A stretch of 64,000 nucleotides of DNA, from the NCBI GenBank assembly GCA_977862235.1, contig OZ374559.1, positions 930,001 to 994,000 on the forward strand, read 5' to 3'. The notes below the pieces were generated by a model. It made no database searches and was not told the DNA's origin. It saw only the letters and a list, made by a program, of their open reading frames with translations. This document shows, one piece after another, positions 1-12,560 of the stretch (its first letter is position 1; each line of letters begins with the position of its first letter). The DNA is from Dudresnaya verticillata. Lineage: Eukaryota. The position numbers and the translations under genes are program-made.

Positions 1-895
1 GTGTGTGCCCAGCACTACGAACGCCGACGAGGCACCCGAGCACGGACGCGACCGACCGTCTCCAACGCCCCCGCCCAGGCGCACCACCCACGGCCAAGTC
101 CGAAACTCGCCACCCTTACGGGCGGCGCACGCAACCGCCTCGAGGGTGACGCCCGCGAACGTCAACGACGTGTCTCAAGTCGAAAAAGGGGTCGCCCGCA
201 AACACGAGAGAAGAAGCAGTCGTCGAAGACGGAGTTGGGCTACGTTTCGTGCACGACGCGCTAATCGCAAAAATGACTCCGCCGCTGGGCGCGGCATCCA
301 CGCCCAGGAGTCGCAAGAAACGCGCCCCACGCGCGGCGCGTCGCCAAACTAACCGTCCCCGACGCTAACCCAACATGCTCTACGTCAAAGACGAAAAGCC
401 TACCGACAAACGGCTCCCCAACTACATATTCGCTCAACAAGCGGAACCACAATTGGAACAAAACGACTAAGTCGGCATGAGAAAATGGACCCTCCCAAAA
501 GGGTTTACGCTACTGTAGCGGCATCAAGGAAAGAGAAAAACGCCATCAAGGCGGCACCGCCCCAAGCTTTTACGCAAACGCTACTACAGCGGACAGACAA
601 CAACAACGTCTATACGAACGGGACCCGTCGGCTACCTACTGCTCGCTATCGCAGCGCTCTACATCAATCGGACACATAAGCAACTACGTTGGACAACGGT
701 CAAGTTTATTCGGGCTTCACAAGCGAGGGTAACCCCCGTGCCCGCATGACCTTCCACTACGACCTACGTCGTGAGACGCGGCACTAACCGTCTATGACGT
801 ATGAATCCCTCGCTCGCCGCCCCACCACGGGGCAGGCAAAGCGACACCACACGCGCTCTCGCGTTCGCTAATCGTTCTTAACGACCTAACAAAGG

Positions 896-3202
896 CTACG
901 CCTTTTTCGTCGCAGACGGCTCAAGTGGGGCATCATCCCCAAGGCCATTGGCGGACTCTCTTAACGCCTCTTCATAGAGGTCGTCCTCCGTCACCGACGG
1001 TACGCTCGCAGCAGGGGCAGGAACGGACCGCAAGGGACCCGCCACAACCACTGCTGTCGAAGTCGCGACATCCACCGCTGGCGACGCACCTGTCTCACAA
1101 TCCGCCTTAGGCGACGACTGTTCGTCAACCGCCATAGGCGCAACGTTAGAGTCATTATCCGCCTTAGGCGCTACAACAGGAAGCTCACGCGCCTTTGGCG
1201 GCGGAGCATCCTCAACCGCCTTGGGCGCAGTCGACGGCCCCGGCACCTCCGGTGACGGGACCGCATTAACCGCCAAAGGCGTTGAACGATCAACAACCGT
1301 CACCGACGAAGAGGCCACTGGAGCCTGCGGGACCGCCGTAGGCGCTACCACCGCACTCGCCTTTGGCGGACTTTTGTTACCAACGTCAGTGGACGCAATG
1401 GCGGACGAACTCGCACAACCCGCCTTAGGCGACAAAGGCTTTTTCGCCACTCCATCATTAGACGCTACACCTTCGTCGTTAGACGGCGCAGTCGCAACGA
1501 CGGTCGACGCCGGAACCGCAGTAACGCTGGGCTGCAGAGCAGCCAGAAGCGAGTGCCCGAGGGGCGTCGTGGATGTTCCGCCCGACCCGTCAGTGACGAC
1601 ACCGGTAGCTCGCAAGAATGCGAGCACCGTGCGGCGCTGCTCCTCAGTCCACTCGGGAACTGCAGGGGGGCGATTCGCACCGTCAGCGACGTTAGACAAG
1701 CCGCCTTGAGGCGTAACTTCAGACGCAGAACTCGCCATGGGCGCAGCCATGATGGCATCACCATCACCGTCATTGACGGAAGCCGAGAGATCCAACGGCG
1801 CATCCGACGGCAAGCCCACAGTCACAACAGCCGACGGCCCTACCGCCGCTGGCGAAATCGTCGCGGGAGCTGACGCCCCCGCAGTAAGCTCAACCGCCAT
1901 AGGCGTAACGAAGTCCGTCCCAGACGGGTTAACCGGTCCGCTGTTAGCGTGAAACGCATCCTCCTCCGCCATCAAGGCGCTCAAGTGGGGTGGGAAATCC
2001 CCCGCAAAGTCGCAATTCTTGCGCAACCCACGTGGGTGATTCGCTGGCGTGAAGCGGTCCGTTCGACGATGACTCTCAGCGATGTTCTCCGTCGTAAGAC
2101 GTTTGGTCCACGGGTTGTACCATACCCAATCGCCACAGGCGGAATGATTCCTACTCATCGCGTAACGCGGACGGTTTGCCTTACGGCGCCGGTTCCCCGG
2201 CGGCACAGCTACCGGGTCGTCCCAGTTGACGTTATCCGCCACATGGCGCAAATCCCAGAACTCTTGGCAGTTCCTGGCACCACCCAGCACTTCGGTCAAG
2301 TCAAGCCCACCAATGAGGCTGACTACGCGTGGTGGCACATAATAGAGCCGGAAGGTGTCATACACCTCCCACATCCATGCGTAAGTTACGTTGACGACCC
2401 ACTCGGTGAAAAATACGATCCAATATCGGGAGTACGGATCCGTCCGCAACTCGGATCCAATATACGTGACACACGGAGGCAATTCAGCCGCAAAGCCCTC
2501 GCAGACCTCAAAGTCCCGCCACATCGGCGGGACGCGAATGAAGCAATGCGGCAACTTTTCCCGCTCAATGCGATCAACCTGCGTATCTTGATACGGTACA
2601 AAAACGCCTTTGCGGCGGCGCGTTTCGCACTCCCAACGGACGCAGCGCTCCCAATAGAAGGTGCCCGTCCTATGCAAGTATCTGAAATCCGCTTTCAAGC
2701 GTACACCAAGGAGGTTAGCCTCCTGAAGCACCCGCGGCTCAGCCGAAACCGCCACATGGCTTAACGACAACGTCCCAAGACGGTCCCCATAACCCACCTC
2801 GCCATTTGTGCGGTACTGCCCTGCGTCAAATTCAAAGACGGTGGGCGTCAATACCGACCCCGGGTAGCGGGTAAACCGCCGATATACGTCAACGACGAAA
2901 CGCGCATGTGCATCTGCACGCGTCTGGCCGGCGGCAATACGCAGCCAACCCCGCGGAATGGCGCACCGGTGGCGCCACTCGTTCGTCCACACGACGGCCA
3001 GGGGCAACTCCCCTGGCAAAAATCCGCTCACAGCGTAATGGGTGATGAGATCCTCGTGTCGCAGGGCCTCCTGGTCGAACCAAGGGGCCCGCGAGAATAA
3101 TCGCGCATCGTTGCGGGGCGTCCTCCCGACGAAGTCGAAGGGGGACGGATATACCGGCGCCGCCGAAGGCGCAGCCACTTGCAAGCCATTGAACTGCGCC
3201 AT
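896..3202 (-). CDS. Antisense accessory ORF of element A, 768 aa, unknown function (Trp/Tyr-rich N-terminal ~400 aa, Ala/Pro/Val/Ser-rich tail)
   Basis: Uninterrupted ATG-initiated ORF. AATAAA lies downstream on the minus strand (705-710). Shares motifs with the antisense ORFs of B and C. Confidence 0.75.
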   Translation of the reverse strand: MAQFNGLQVAAPSAAPVYPSPFDFVGRTPRNDARLFSRAPWFDQEALRHEDLITHYAVSGFLPGELPLAVVWTNEWRHRCAIPRGWLRIAAGQTRADAHARFVVDVYRRFTRYPGSVLTPTVFEFDAGQYRTNGEVGYGDRLGTLSLSHVAVSAEPRVLQEANLLGVRLKADFRYLHRTGTFYWERCVRWECETRRRKGVFVPYQDTQVDRIEREKLPHCFIRVPPMWRDFEVCEGFAAELPPCVTYIGSELRTDPYSRYWIVFFTEWVVNVTYAWMWEVYDTFRLYYVPPRVVSLIGGLDLTEVLGGARNCQEFWDLRHVADNVNWDDPVAVPPGNRRRKANRPRYAMSRNHSACGDWVWYNPWTKRLTTENIAESHRRTDRFTPANHPRGLRKNCDFAGDFPPHLSALMAEEDAFHANSGPVNPSGTDFVTPMAVELTAGASAPATISPAAVGPSAVVTVGLPSDAPLDLSASVNDGDGDAIMAAPMASSASEVTPQGGLSNVADGANRPPAVPEWTEEQRRTVLAFLRATGVVTDGSGGTSTTPLGHSLLAALQPSVTAVPASTVVATAPSNDEGVASNDGVAKKPLSPKAGCASSSAIASTDVGNKSPPKASAVVAPTAVPQAPVASSSVTVVDRSTPLAVNAVPSPEVPGPSTAPKAVEDAPPPKARELPVVAPKADNDSNVAPMAVDEQSSPKADCETGASPAVDVATSTAVVVAGPLRSVPAPAASVPSVTEDDLYEEALRESANGLGDDAPLEPSATKKA

Positions 3203-3602
3203 TACGTCTGAGACGTTGAGTAATCATACGCCACTGGCGGACTTCACACGACGTCAACGACGGTCTCGGACTCCGCAGTGGAGTCAACTACGCCAAAGGC
3301 GGAAGCAAACACGGCACACGTCAACGACGCTGGACTGAACAACGCCGAAGGCGGACCTCAAACAAACGCCCTAGGCGATGAGCGCACGCACGCGTGCACA
3401 AGATACGACGTCAACGACGGGAGTTCTTGTTGCGCCAACGGCGGGTGGACAACTGGATGTGCGTCTTTGACGGGGCTCAACCAACGCCAAGGGCGGGCAA
3501 ACGCAGGCGCGAAGACACGGGTGACCGACACGATCGGCACTGGAAGAGACGCAGACGCGGGAAGGAAGGCAGGCTGAAGCAGGTTGATGTGTTTGCGTTT
3601 TC

Positions 3603-3610
3603 GGAGGGGG
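3603..3610 (+). promoter_or_regulatory. Polypurine tract of element A
   Basis: GGAGGGGG followed by a 3-nt spacer and then the LTR TG. Element C has the same spacing. Confidence 0.65.
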
Positions 3611-3613
3611 TCG

Positions 3614-4511
3614 TGTAGTGCCAGGGGGGTCCCCCGTTTTCGCTTTCAAGCGTTGATATGCAGCGTCTACCGACGGACGACCGCCAACGGCGCGCTAAAC
3701 CCGCCCGCGGCGCAAACACGTCACCGACGCATGCCGCTGGCCACTTGGGCCAGAACGGCTCGCTGAGCGTGCAGACCGCACGCCTGAACCCGGCCACTGT
3801 ACGGCGCCACGCGTGCGCGCGTGGCGCAGTGGCGGGAACGTTCGCTGTAGGCGTGGCCCGAATCCGGATCCCACATCGGGATCCCACATCGGGATTAAGG
3901 GGTGTAAGGCACGCGCCTGTAAGCCTGGCGCATCCGCATCGCTGGCCCGAATCCGGACTGGATCGGGATCGGTACGGATCGAGATCGCTCGCGCCATGAG
4001 GCGCGCGCGCGGCTGTAAGGAAAGGATCCACGTGTAGGTGTGAGGACTCGCGCGGGGAACTACGCGTGATCTGTCAGGAGCGCGGCTGCATGATGGACGG
4101 ATCTGTCAGACGCGCCTCGGGACAACACGTGTCCCGAGTTCCCGCGTTACGCGTACATCCGCGTCGCCGCCGCTAGGTAATCCTGTACTTAGTTGATCCG
4201 TCTCAGACGTCACAGTAAATCCCGGTAAGCCGGCCTTGGTCCAGACTTCCCCGTTCAGCACGCGCGTACCCTACCGCTGCCTACGGCTAAGCGTTTACCT
4301 CCGTGCTTCCACGTCTCTACCCGTCCTCGACGTGTTCCTTTTCTATTTCCTTTTGTTCTTCTTTTCCGCCAAGGGCGTTTACAGTCCGCCCAAGGCGAGT
4401 CAACCGCTCTACCACCAGACGCCCACGGCGAGGCCACTCATCGCCGCAGGCGTCGCTACCACCGAGCCCCGAACTGCTCGGCAGTGTCCGTCAAAGACGT
4501 TTTGCACTACA
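3614..4511 (+). repeat. 3' LTR of element A (898 bp)
   Basis: TGTAGTG/CACTACA inverted termini. Collinear blocks shared with the solo LTR at 20847-21786 (e.g. AGTCCGCCCAAGG, TCAACCGCTCTACCA, TTTGCACTACA). Confidence 0.85.
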
Positions 4512-6247
4512 CTGTGTAGTCGTCTCCCGAGCGTTGTGCCGCTATTGCCATTGCCACTGCCATTTCCGTCCGTATGTTTGGCTGAAACCCGAGCTGCATT
4601 CTATGTCGGGTGAAGCAAGCTTGCACTTCATATGCTATTGCTTTTTCGATGACTTTGCGGGCATGGGAAAGCAGGCAAATTGGGCGGTAGTTCCCTGGAT
4701 CCGCTTGGCAACCGCGTTTATGCACAGGCACGAGTGACCCGACCGTCCAGGTTGCAGGGAGATTTGAAAAGTCACCGCAGCGTTTCCACATCCAGAAGAG
4801 TAGTTCTGCGGAGAGTTCGGGGCACAGTTGTAGCATCTCAATATGTATGTCGTCCCTGCCCGTCGCGGTCCCTCGAGATATGTTTTTCAGGGCGCGTGTG
4901 ATGCTTCGTTGGAAACGCGGAGGTACGTAGAATGTTCGAGGCTTTGGTGCCGCGGGGGTGTCTCTAGATGTATCTGTGACAGTATCCATGTGTTTGGTGA
5001 AGGCTGTTGGCTGTAATCTTGGTCCCCCTGACATGTCCATCTTCGCACGACGGACTCGTTTTCGGTTTCGGGTCCGTATAGCTTGGGAGAGTATGGACTG
5101 TGGGCGCTGTAGTAGCTCTTCAGCCTCGCTCCGTTGCTGTTGCTTCTTGATGGCGCGGATACGGGAGCGTATGGTACGTTGGAGAGTTCGATACTCTTGC
5201 TCTGCTCTCTCTCGTGTTGGCGGAGTTCCTGCTGCCTTCATTCGTCGATAAGCTCTGGCCCGTCGGCGGCGTAATGGGTCCAAGTTTGGGGGGCAGTGTG
5301 GCTTGTTAGGTCTGGCTGCGTGGGAGAGCAGCAGCTTCCAGGGTTTTTGTAGAAGCTTTGGGAGCTCCTCCATGACTTTCTTGGCCTCATGGTGATTGTT
5401 GGCAATTTCTAAGTCTCTGAATGTATGTCGGTAGTGTATTTTCGTAGGCACGTCGCACTATGCTATGGTATCGGGGGTTAGTAAGGAGCGGTTTTGTGAT
5501 TCCGCAGCTTCGTTTCTCGGGGACATGGTCGAGCTGCAATTCACAGCACGAGGTGGGCTGTGTTTGGCGCTGCGGGAGTTCTACCAGGACCGGAGCGTGA
5601 TCAATAGCCCCGTCCCATTCTCCTGTTGCAACAAACGGGTAGAGGGGTCCCGAGGCATTGTACAGGCAGATATCAATGGTGCTCATACCTCCACTTCCGT
5701 TGGAGCTGAAGAAAGTCGGTTCCGGCGGTGCTTGGACGGTAAAGGGGTTTCGGGAGCACCACTTAGATATGTCCACTCCTTTCTCATTTCTCCGTGTGCA
5801 CTATGCCGTACTGCGTGCGTTGAGGTCACCAATGATGAGTGTAGGTCCTCGCGATCTCGCTTTAACAGTGTCCAGAATGGTTCTTATGTCTTCTTTTCCG
5901 GCTCTGGGGCTGATATATGCACCGTCTATGTCACCGACATTGGGGACTTCGAGGCATAGTAGTTGATATAGCGCCGGATGATGCGGCGGCTGGGGTAAGA
6001 TGGAATATCGAACAGATGCTTTCAGTTGTGGTCGGCTGATCATTGCAATACCTCCGAGCCATGGACCGTTGGTCCCAGCACGCGTTGCCAGAATTGTAAA
6101 GGAGGGGTGGGGCAGGTTATGATGTTGTGATGGAGGTGTGTGTGTTTCGTTGAGTAGTAGGACTTGGGGTTGGGCGGTGGTCAGGAGCGTTATAACGTCT
6201 GCGAGGCATGAATTTAGGCCCGCGACGTTCCAAGTCCCCACTAGCAT
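4512..6247 (-). mobile_element. Degenerate LINE ORF2: APE endonuclease plus N-terminal RT, interrupted by element A
   Basis: APE motifs GTWNVAGL, LNETH, GDLNA, TID, DHAPV. RT motifs ATGRDDI, VPVHKRG, NYRPICLLS, QLGF. Split by stops and frameshifts. Confidence 0.9.
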
Positions 6248-7581
6248 ATTTCTCCTGTGTTCTGAGGACTCGCTTTTACGGGGGGTGTGGTGATGGAATT
6301 ACGCGAGGCTTGGTTTTGATGTCTCGCAGGCATTGGGTCGGAGTTGGCCACAGCCCTGTTCTCCAATGAGGTAAGCTTCGCAAAGCCGCGCGCGGTTAGG
6401 GACGGGTACTGTCGTATGGTGGGGCTTCTTTGGGGGTCAGTTCTGGCTTGCGAATATGGGTGGGTGTCCATCGGGTCTGTATTTGGAAGAATAGAGTCAT
6501 TGCGGGATCCAGAGTTTTGTTTTTGGGTTGCGCCCGGTATTGTTGGGTTGAACCCAGTCCCCGCAGGTACTGTCTTGTCTTGAGGGGCGGTCTCTCATTT
6601 TGTGCGCGTCCATCATCTGCAAGGGGCATTCCCAATGGAATGAATGAACGATACGGGGTTGGGAGGAGCGCTGTCGAAGGCGCGTCAATCGCTTACTCCA
6701 AACAACGCCAGCAGTGAGAAATGACCCCCAGGCCGTCGTGGCTCAAGCGGTGCGCGCGTCGCCGGGTACGCCCCGGGCCGCAAGACCCACCAAACCACAG
6801 CACCCTCCGGCTGAGGCACCCGCTTCTGGTGGAAACTTAGGCTCACCGGGCACGTGACCCAGAAATACCCCCTCCCTGACTCCCCAAACCATGCGGGCAC
6901 ACCAGACATCTCTTCCTGTCACTCTAAACCGCCCACCAAGACAATTGATGAAACTTCCCCGCCCTGCATGCTGCCAACCTCAACCCTGCTCACGGAACCG
7001 ATGGCCGTTACGCCCGCTGTCACGCGCTCCACCTCCAGCCCGGCTACCCAAGGTATGCCCTCCAATCCACCCGTCGGTATAGCCGCCGTCGCCCTCCCTC
7101 GCGTTGGCGCCGAACAAGACCCTCCAAGCCGTCCAAGGACACCCCAGCCACCGGCATGGGCGCAGCCTCCGGTGCCCCCACTGCGATGCCATGCAAGACC
7201 CCGCCCACCAACCCGCCCAAAGACACGCTCCTCTAACGCGCTCACGGGCCAGTCGCAGTACTGCGGGTCACAATACACCAATCTACCAGTCCCGGCACAC
7301 CCAACCAAACGTCGCAACGTCCTCCACAACCCCTGCGACCCCCGCGCCCCTTAATCTGCACAATGGAAGTCCTGCATGCGGGTCTACTGCTAAGGCCCCC
7401 CAGGACATAGGACAGACAACGAAAGTGAGCCTACCCACCCGTCCACCACAACGGCAGAATCTACCGTCTGCCATGGAAAGCGCCAGCGCTCGTCAAGCAG
7501 CAGCACGCCACCCGGTACCAAGTCCTCCTTTCCCCGCCGCTCGCCACCAACACAACCGGGCGCAGAAACCCCCCCTCAGAA

Positions 7582-8253
7582 ATGATCAGTAACAACAATT
7601 CCACCGCACTTCCAACAGTTGACGACATCCTGGAGAACCTACTTCGTCGCTCAGACATTTTCGAAGGGATCCCAAGACAGTGCCTTCCCAGTCTCGCCCT
7701 ACTCCTCATTCGAACACTCAGGGCCGCAACTGCCGCCCCCAACCCACAAGACATAGTATGCGCGTTCACACATCTGCACATGCTCCCCGTAGCCGTACTC
7801 AGAAAATAATTCTGTGGTGAAGAGGGCTGGCGCACACTTCCAGGTCAGATGCATAGCCTTCGTCAGAGAATCAGAAGGGCCAGTGCCGGAGAATGGTTAG
7901 AACTCTGGCAAGAAGCGCTTCAGGCCCACAAAGACAGAATAGAGTGGCAAAGAAGGCGCCCACGCAAACGTTGCTCTCCTCAAGCCCATCTCGGGAAGTG
8001 CATCCGCCAAGCTCAGCAAGCCCAATATGGCAGAGCAGTAATTTCTCTCAAACAGTCTCCAATCGCGGACACAAGCGAGCCCTCAACCATCCAAGCCCTC
8101 AAGCACCTCCACCTCCGACCGACACAGTCGATAAAGCCGGTCACCGTTGCCGATCCTCCCTTCCCCCCAGTGGTTTCTGAAGCCACGGTGAAAAGGGCAA
8201 TCTCGAGAATGAACCCGAACTCGGCACCTGGCCCCGACAAGATGGCTCCCCGA
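7582..8253 (+). mobile_element. Fragment of a non-LTR (CRE/RLE-type) retrotransposon, region just N-terminal to RT
   Basis: LPVAVLR...GEWLELW...YGRAVISL...ALKHLH...NSAPGPD, typical of the pre-RT region of such elements. Contains an in-frame stop and breaks off after APGPD. Confidence 0.6.
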
Positions 8254-9237
8254 TGTGGTGCAAATCACCATTTGCCGGACTTGAAGTATTCTTTGTACGG
8301 CCTATTCTACGCCGACTCGCGACTACCGATGACGGGGCTTACCGCTGTTTCGCGCGGATCAAGCTGCTAGAGCGCGCGAGGTGCAGAGTCAATTTGGGTA
8401 TGCAAGAGAGAGATGCGGACCTTTATGGTAGGGTTCGAAGGGCGCTAAGTCGCCCCGTCTACGCAAGCACCTACCTGAAGGGAAAGACGATGGTGATTGA
8501 TCTCCAGCTCCTGAAAGCGGAGAAGATGAGATACAATGCGAATCGTGAGTGCTTGCGTTTCGTCCGAAGGGTTACTCCCTCTCTGTTCGGACGTAAAGCG
8601 GCCAATGGCACGTAACGCCTGACGAGCCTCAGTTCCAATAGCGCCGTAGGAGTCAATACCGACAGCATGAAAATCCATTCCCTCGCTGCCGAGCAGATCT
8701 TGGTAATGCGCTCTGTTGGGCCATTCAGCGAGCGTCGCCGCTGCCCCACCCAAGCGAGAGGCGTCAGTGCAGTAATTGGCAGCAAACGGGGCTGCCACCG
8801 TAACGTCAAAGGCCTGAGGGCGGGGGTTAAAGGCACAAATAGGAACCACCATGTCCATACGGCGACGAGAAGTAGGGGCAGATGACGTTCGGCTAGAAAT
8901 GAGTACTCGGTATAGATAGGGCGTAGGCCCAACTGGCGGATTTAGTTGGCTAGAACATCTCGTAAGGTGTTATGACGCCGGATAGCACTTTCGCGCCTAG
9001 CGCAGGTGATGGCATGTTTCCCGAGAGGATCAAGTAGAAGAGCTTGCGTCACGCCCCGCGTGAGTACACAGTGGGGACGACGAGTAGTGCCGGTGAAAAG
9101 GAAATGACTACTTTTATTGTTGCAGAAGAAGAGTAGTCGAATGCAGTGACTAACAACAAACAGCAAGAATGCTCAACAGAAATTATGGAAACGAAGGAAG
9201 GACTTGAAGTCGAGAAAGATGAAGGGTGGGTGGGCGG

Positions 9238-9510
9238 GAGAACGAAGGAAAGAACTTAGGGGAGACGGAGGGGTTGTCTAAGCTGGACTGCAGTGCTTAT
9301 ATCCCCTCCAGAACCTCTAAATTTGGTAACACCATATGGTTCAGCCCCAAACAGTGAAGTGCCAAATATAGTGCTAAAAGTTGCACAGACTCGTAGAAAC
9401 CCCTTTCGGGTAGATGTTCTATCGGGTTGTTGCTGCTTCAGGACGCTCGGCAGGGCTCGCTATCCCCAGTGAGGACTTTTCACCAGTGTAGACGCATCGA
9501 GACACAAACT
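9238..9510 (-). repeat. Direct repeat copy A2 of the DIRS-like element (273 bp)
   Basis: Matches 13219-13491 with about 7 substitutions counted by eye. Confidence 0.95.
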
Positions 9511-9539
9511 GAAAATCCGAAACCGTAACGAAGTGCAGC

Positions 9540-10600
9540 TTATTGAGGGGGCGGGATCCGCGGACCGGATGAGTCCAAGAGAGACCAGAAATAGTGACCC
9601 ATTTCCGTTGACAGGTGAAGCCTTGAATCATAATAGACGTTGACGACCATATGGCTGTTGCGCCACCCTCCTCTCTGCGTGATGCGGGCTAATGGAACAT
9701 TGAGTAATACAAGAGCGGTGACGCAGCCGCTTCGTAATCTGTGCGATGAGTAAGAGGCGAATGGCGGAGGAAGGACTTGCAAGGCGCCGAGACAGGCCTT
9801 AAGTGCAGTAATGACGAGCTGTGGCCGTAGTTCAGTATGTGCAAAGGTCCAATAGAGTTCTTCCGGGCTGCTGCGTGCCGTTCGGCGTTGGAAATAGCGC
9901 CAGTGTAGTGCCAATGGATTACGGACGGAGAACCGGAGAGGCCGATCCCGACACGTGAGGTCACACGCCCCGACACCACGTACGAGGCGTCCCTTGAGAG
10001 AGCGTGGGCGCGCAGAGAGCATCAGAAAGCCAAGATTGCCGCAGGAACTGGAGGTGGAGCGCATCGAAACGTCCTGTAGCTGAACAGTGCGGACGGTATT
10101 CTCTCACCATGCCATCACATACTGAAACTCAGTAAGCGCAGCATAGTACTCGATAAGAGATCCTTCAGTTGCTCGAAGGCCCAAGGTACGAATCTGAGCC
10201 ACGATGGAAGCAGGAATAGCCGCCCGAACGTCTTGCAATCCACCGCGTTGATCGCCCTGGTGTCTGAAGGCCCGTATGAGGTCCGTGTGATGGTTTCCAG
10301 AGAAGGGGTCACCAAGACCTTCGCGGAGATGTCGAGTGCGGACGGCTGAAATTTAATGATCGACAGAGCGGCCGTGTACTCGATCTTCCTCGAACAAGAA
10401 CCCAATGTAGGCAAGAGCAGTTCCTTGTGCGGCGGGCAGTGCACTGTGGCCGTTTCGTTCGCAGTAGCTGGCGAACTTGTTCCACTGACTTGTCTTAGAA
10501 CGATTTGTAGTTTCTGAAATGCAGTGTCTCGCAAGCCTTAGGGTCGCCCGCCCGGATGAAGTCGCAGGGATGACAGAGGCAATACGGCGTTGCAATGCCT
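9540..10600 (-). pseudogene. Tyrosine recombinase of the DIRS-like element (disrupted; start approximate)
   Basis: N-terminal QWNKFASYC...ALAYIGFL helical domain. Catalytic region YSSHRLRSG...RGGWRNSHMVVNVYY (H-x-x-R, W, Y). Confidence 0.85.
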
Positions 10601-11010
10601 GTCCGGTGGTTTCCCTACTTCGGCCAAGAGAAGAGCCCAGGCGGGGTTCGCGCGTAGTGAGGTGAAGAGGGGCGCTTCCGCGCCTGGAGCGATGAATCGT
10701 TCGTTGCGCGAGAGCCTCCTCAAGGTTCCGAACCATGGTGCTGCGGTCCAATACGGCACCACGATGACGCCATGGGCCCCCTCGTTCTCGATCTTGCATA
10801 GCGTGGCCCAGATCCACGGAGTCGGGGGATTCCACAGCCGACTGCGTCCGTCGCCCCAATGCTCGTCGAACTGTGCCACTATTACTCGACGGCGGGCGGC
10901 AGGAGCCTCGCCCAAGGGCCAAAAGCACCGCACGGTTTGCAGTTGTAGTGAAGTGGCGAAGGATTCCAGCAACCATTTCGTCGCTGCTAGGTCTCTGGGA
11001 TTCCAGGTTC
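10538..11010 (-). pseudogene. DNA N6-adenine methyltransferase-like domain of the DIRS-like element
   Basis: WNPPTPWI...VIVVPYWTAAPWF, placed between RNase H and YR as in DIRS elements. Confidence 0.7.
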
Positions 11011-11013
11011 TGC

Positions 11014-12560
11014 TCAGTGTGTCGGCGTTCTTGTTGAGAGCCGACGGTAACCAACCGCCCGGATTGTCACCTTCATCGTGATCAGGACTTGGTGTAGACG
11101 ACGGAGCTCCTGCATCAGCTCTTTGCTCGCTGACACCATATTGGATAGGATATGGAAAACTCCCATATTGTCTACGTGCAAGAGGAGGATCGAGTGATCC
11201 CCAGAGCGACGCGCCTGAATCAGAGAGTCCTCCAGCGCCAGCCGGACTTCAACTAGCTGGCGGAGGGTGATGGACCGTAGGCGCAAAAAAGGTGACCACG
11301 TACCTTGCACGGAGAGTTCGCTGGGTGCACCGGCCTCCATGTCTCGACCCAAGGTGCCTCCATATCCAACGTCTGCGGCATCTGTATGGAGGCACCACAA
11401 TGGCTGTCCACCGCCAATGAGTCTCCCATCGCCCTGCAGCATAGTCTTCCACGTTTGGAGGTCCCTCATCCCGGCGTGGGACAACTTGACGGTCTTCTCG
11501 GGGTATCTGCCTCGCATCCCCTTTGAGAGCGTCGTACAGACTTCTTGTAAAAAACCGGGCTAGGGGAAGAGCAATCAGCTGGGAGACCGCGCGACCGCAG
11601 AAGCTTGATAAGAGAGACTCCCGTACCCAGCGACTGCGCTGACGGCCCGTACGCAAAAGGGTAGAAGCCATCTCGTGTAGCGTTTCCAGTTTCGAAGGCG
11701 TCATGAAGTATCGAAACTATACGGTATCTATGATGAGGCCCAGGTGCTCTAGTTTTGTAGCCCCTGTTCCCCAGATGCCTTTGTCCGGGTGCCGTACCAA
11801 ACCGAGGGATCCAAAAAGTAAGTCCAAGTCCCTGGAAACTTGGTGACACTCCTTTGCGGTACTGGGTCTGCTTCCATCCCCAGGAGCCAAAGGATAATCG
11901 TCTAGCCAGACAAGCACTCTCAGGCCCAAGGAGCGCCGTAGGTAGCGAGTGAGAGGGCTGAGAACTTTGACGAACCAGAATGGCGAAGCGGTCCATCCAA
12001 ACGGCAAGGCTATACAGCGGTAGTATTTGCCATCGTAGCGGAAAAGGAACCAATCCCACATGCGCGAGTGGAGGGGTATATGCCGATAACCACAGGACCA
12101 GTCGAATGACAACAAACGGTCCTCTTTGCACAGACAGGCTCCAAAGGCTGAAAGGATCCATCTTGACTGATTTCTTGTCCCAGTGCTCGCTCTGTTCCTT
12201 CAGGTTTATTATAAACCTTGTTTTGCCGTTCTGCCATGTCACAAATGCACTTGAGACGAGGGCCCCGCGACGGACACAACTTTGTGCATGTTCGGCACTG
12301 ACCTGCTGGTAAGTACCAACACAGCAACCCTCTGCCAGCTCCTTTCTCGCAAACGAAAGGTCTTCCGATGGCTGGGAGATCTCGGGAAGAATCCACCCAT
12401 GCAAAAATGGTCGCTGAGGAGGTTCCCATACTCCGAACTGTAGAATTCGGATGACGAAGGGGGTCGCGCCGATCCGTTCCCATTTCTGCGTATTTCGTCG
12501 TGTGCCGGCCCACCGAGCTCGGCGCCAGGTGGACGGCATGGAGTGGTGATCGAGGACCAT
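11014..12560 (-). pseudogene. RT plus RNase H of the DIRS-like element (frameshifted)
   Basis: KTRFIINLK, SFDWSCGYRH, LPFGWTASP, VWLDD, EHLG. RNase H motifs HTDAADVGYGG and HVDN. Confidence 0.9.

Larger units (their letters stand above)
1..4511 (+). mobile_element. LTR retrotransposon A, 3' portion only (antisense ORF, PPT, 3' LTR); gag-pol lies outside the window
   Basis: Purine tract GGAGGGGG (3603-3610) lies 3 nt before an 898-bp TGTAGTG...CACTACA LTR that truncates a LINE RT frame at 4511. The layout matches the 3' end of element C. Confidence 0.75.

Noticed and set aside
4512..4532. PBS-like GTCTCCCGA just after LTR A
   Set aside because: No TGG at the LTR edge, the sequence is LINE RT coding on the other strand, and a PPT precedes this LTR, so it is a 3' LTR.
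8254..8440. TGTGGTGCAAA at the point where the plus-strand non-LTR fragment breaks, like an LTR terminus
   Set aside because: The match to 20847 is only 11 nt, and I found no partner end or TSD. A truncated LTR remains possible but unsupported.
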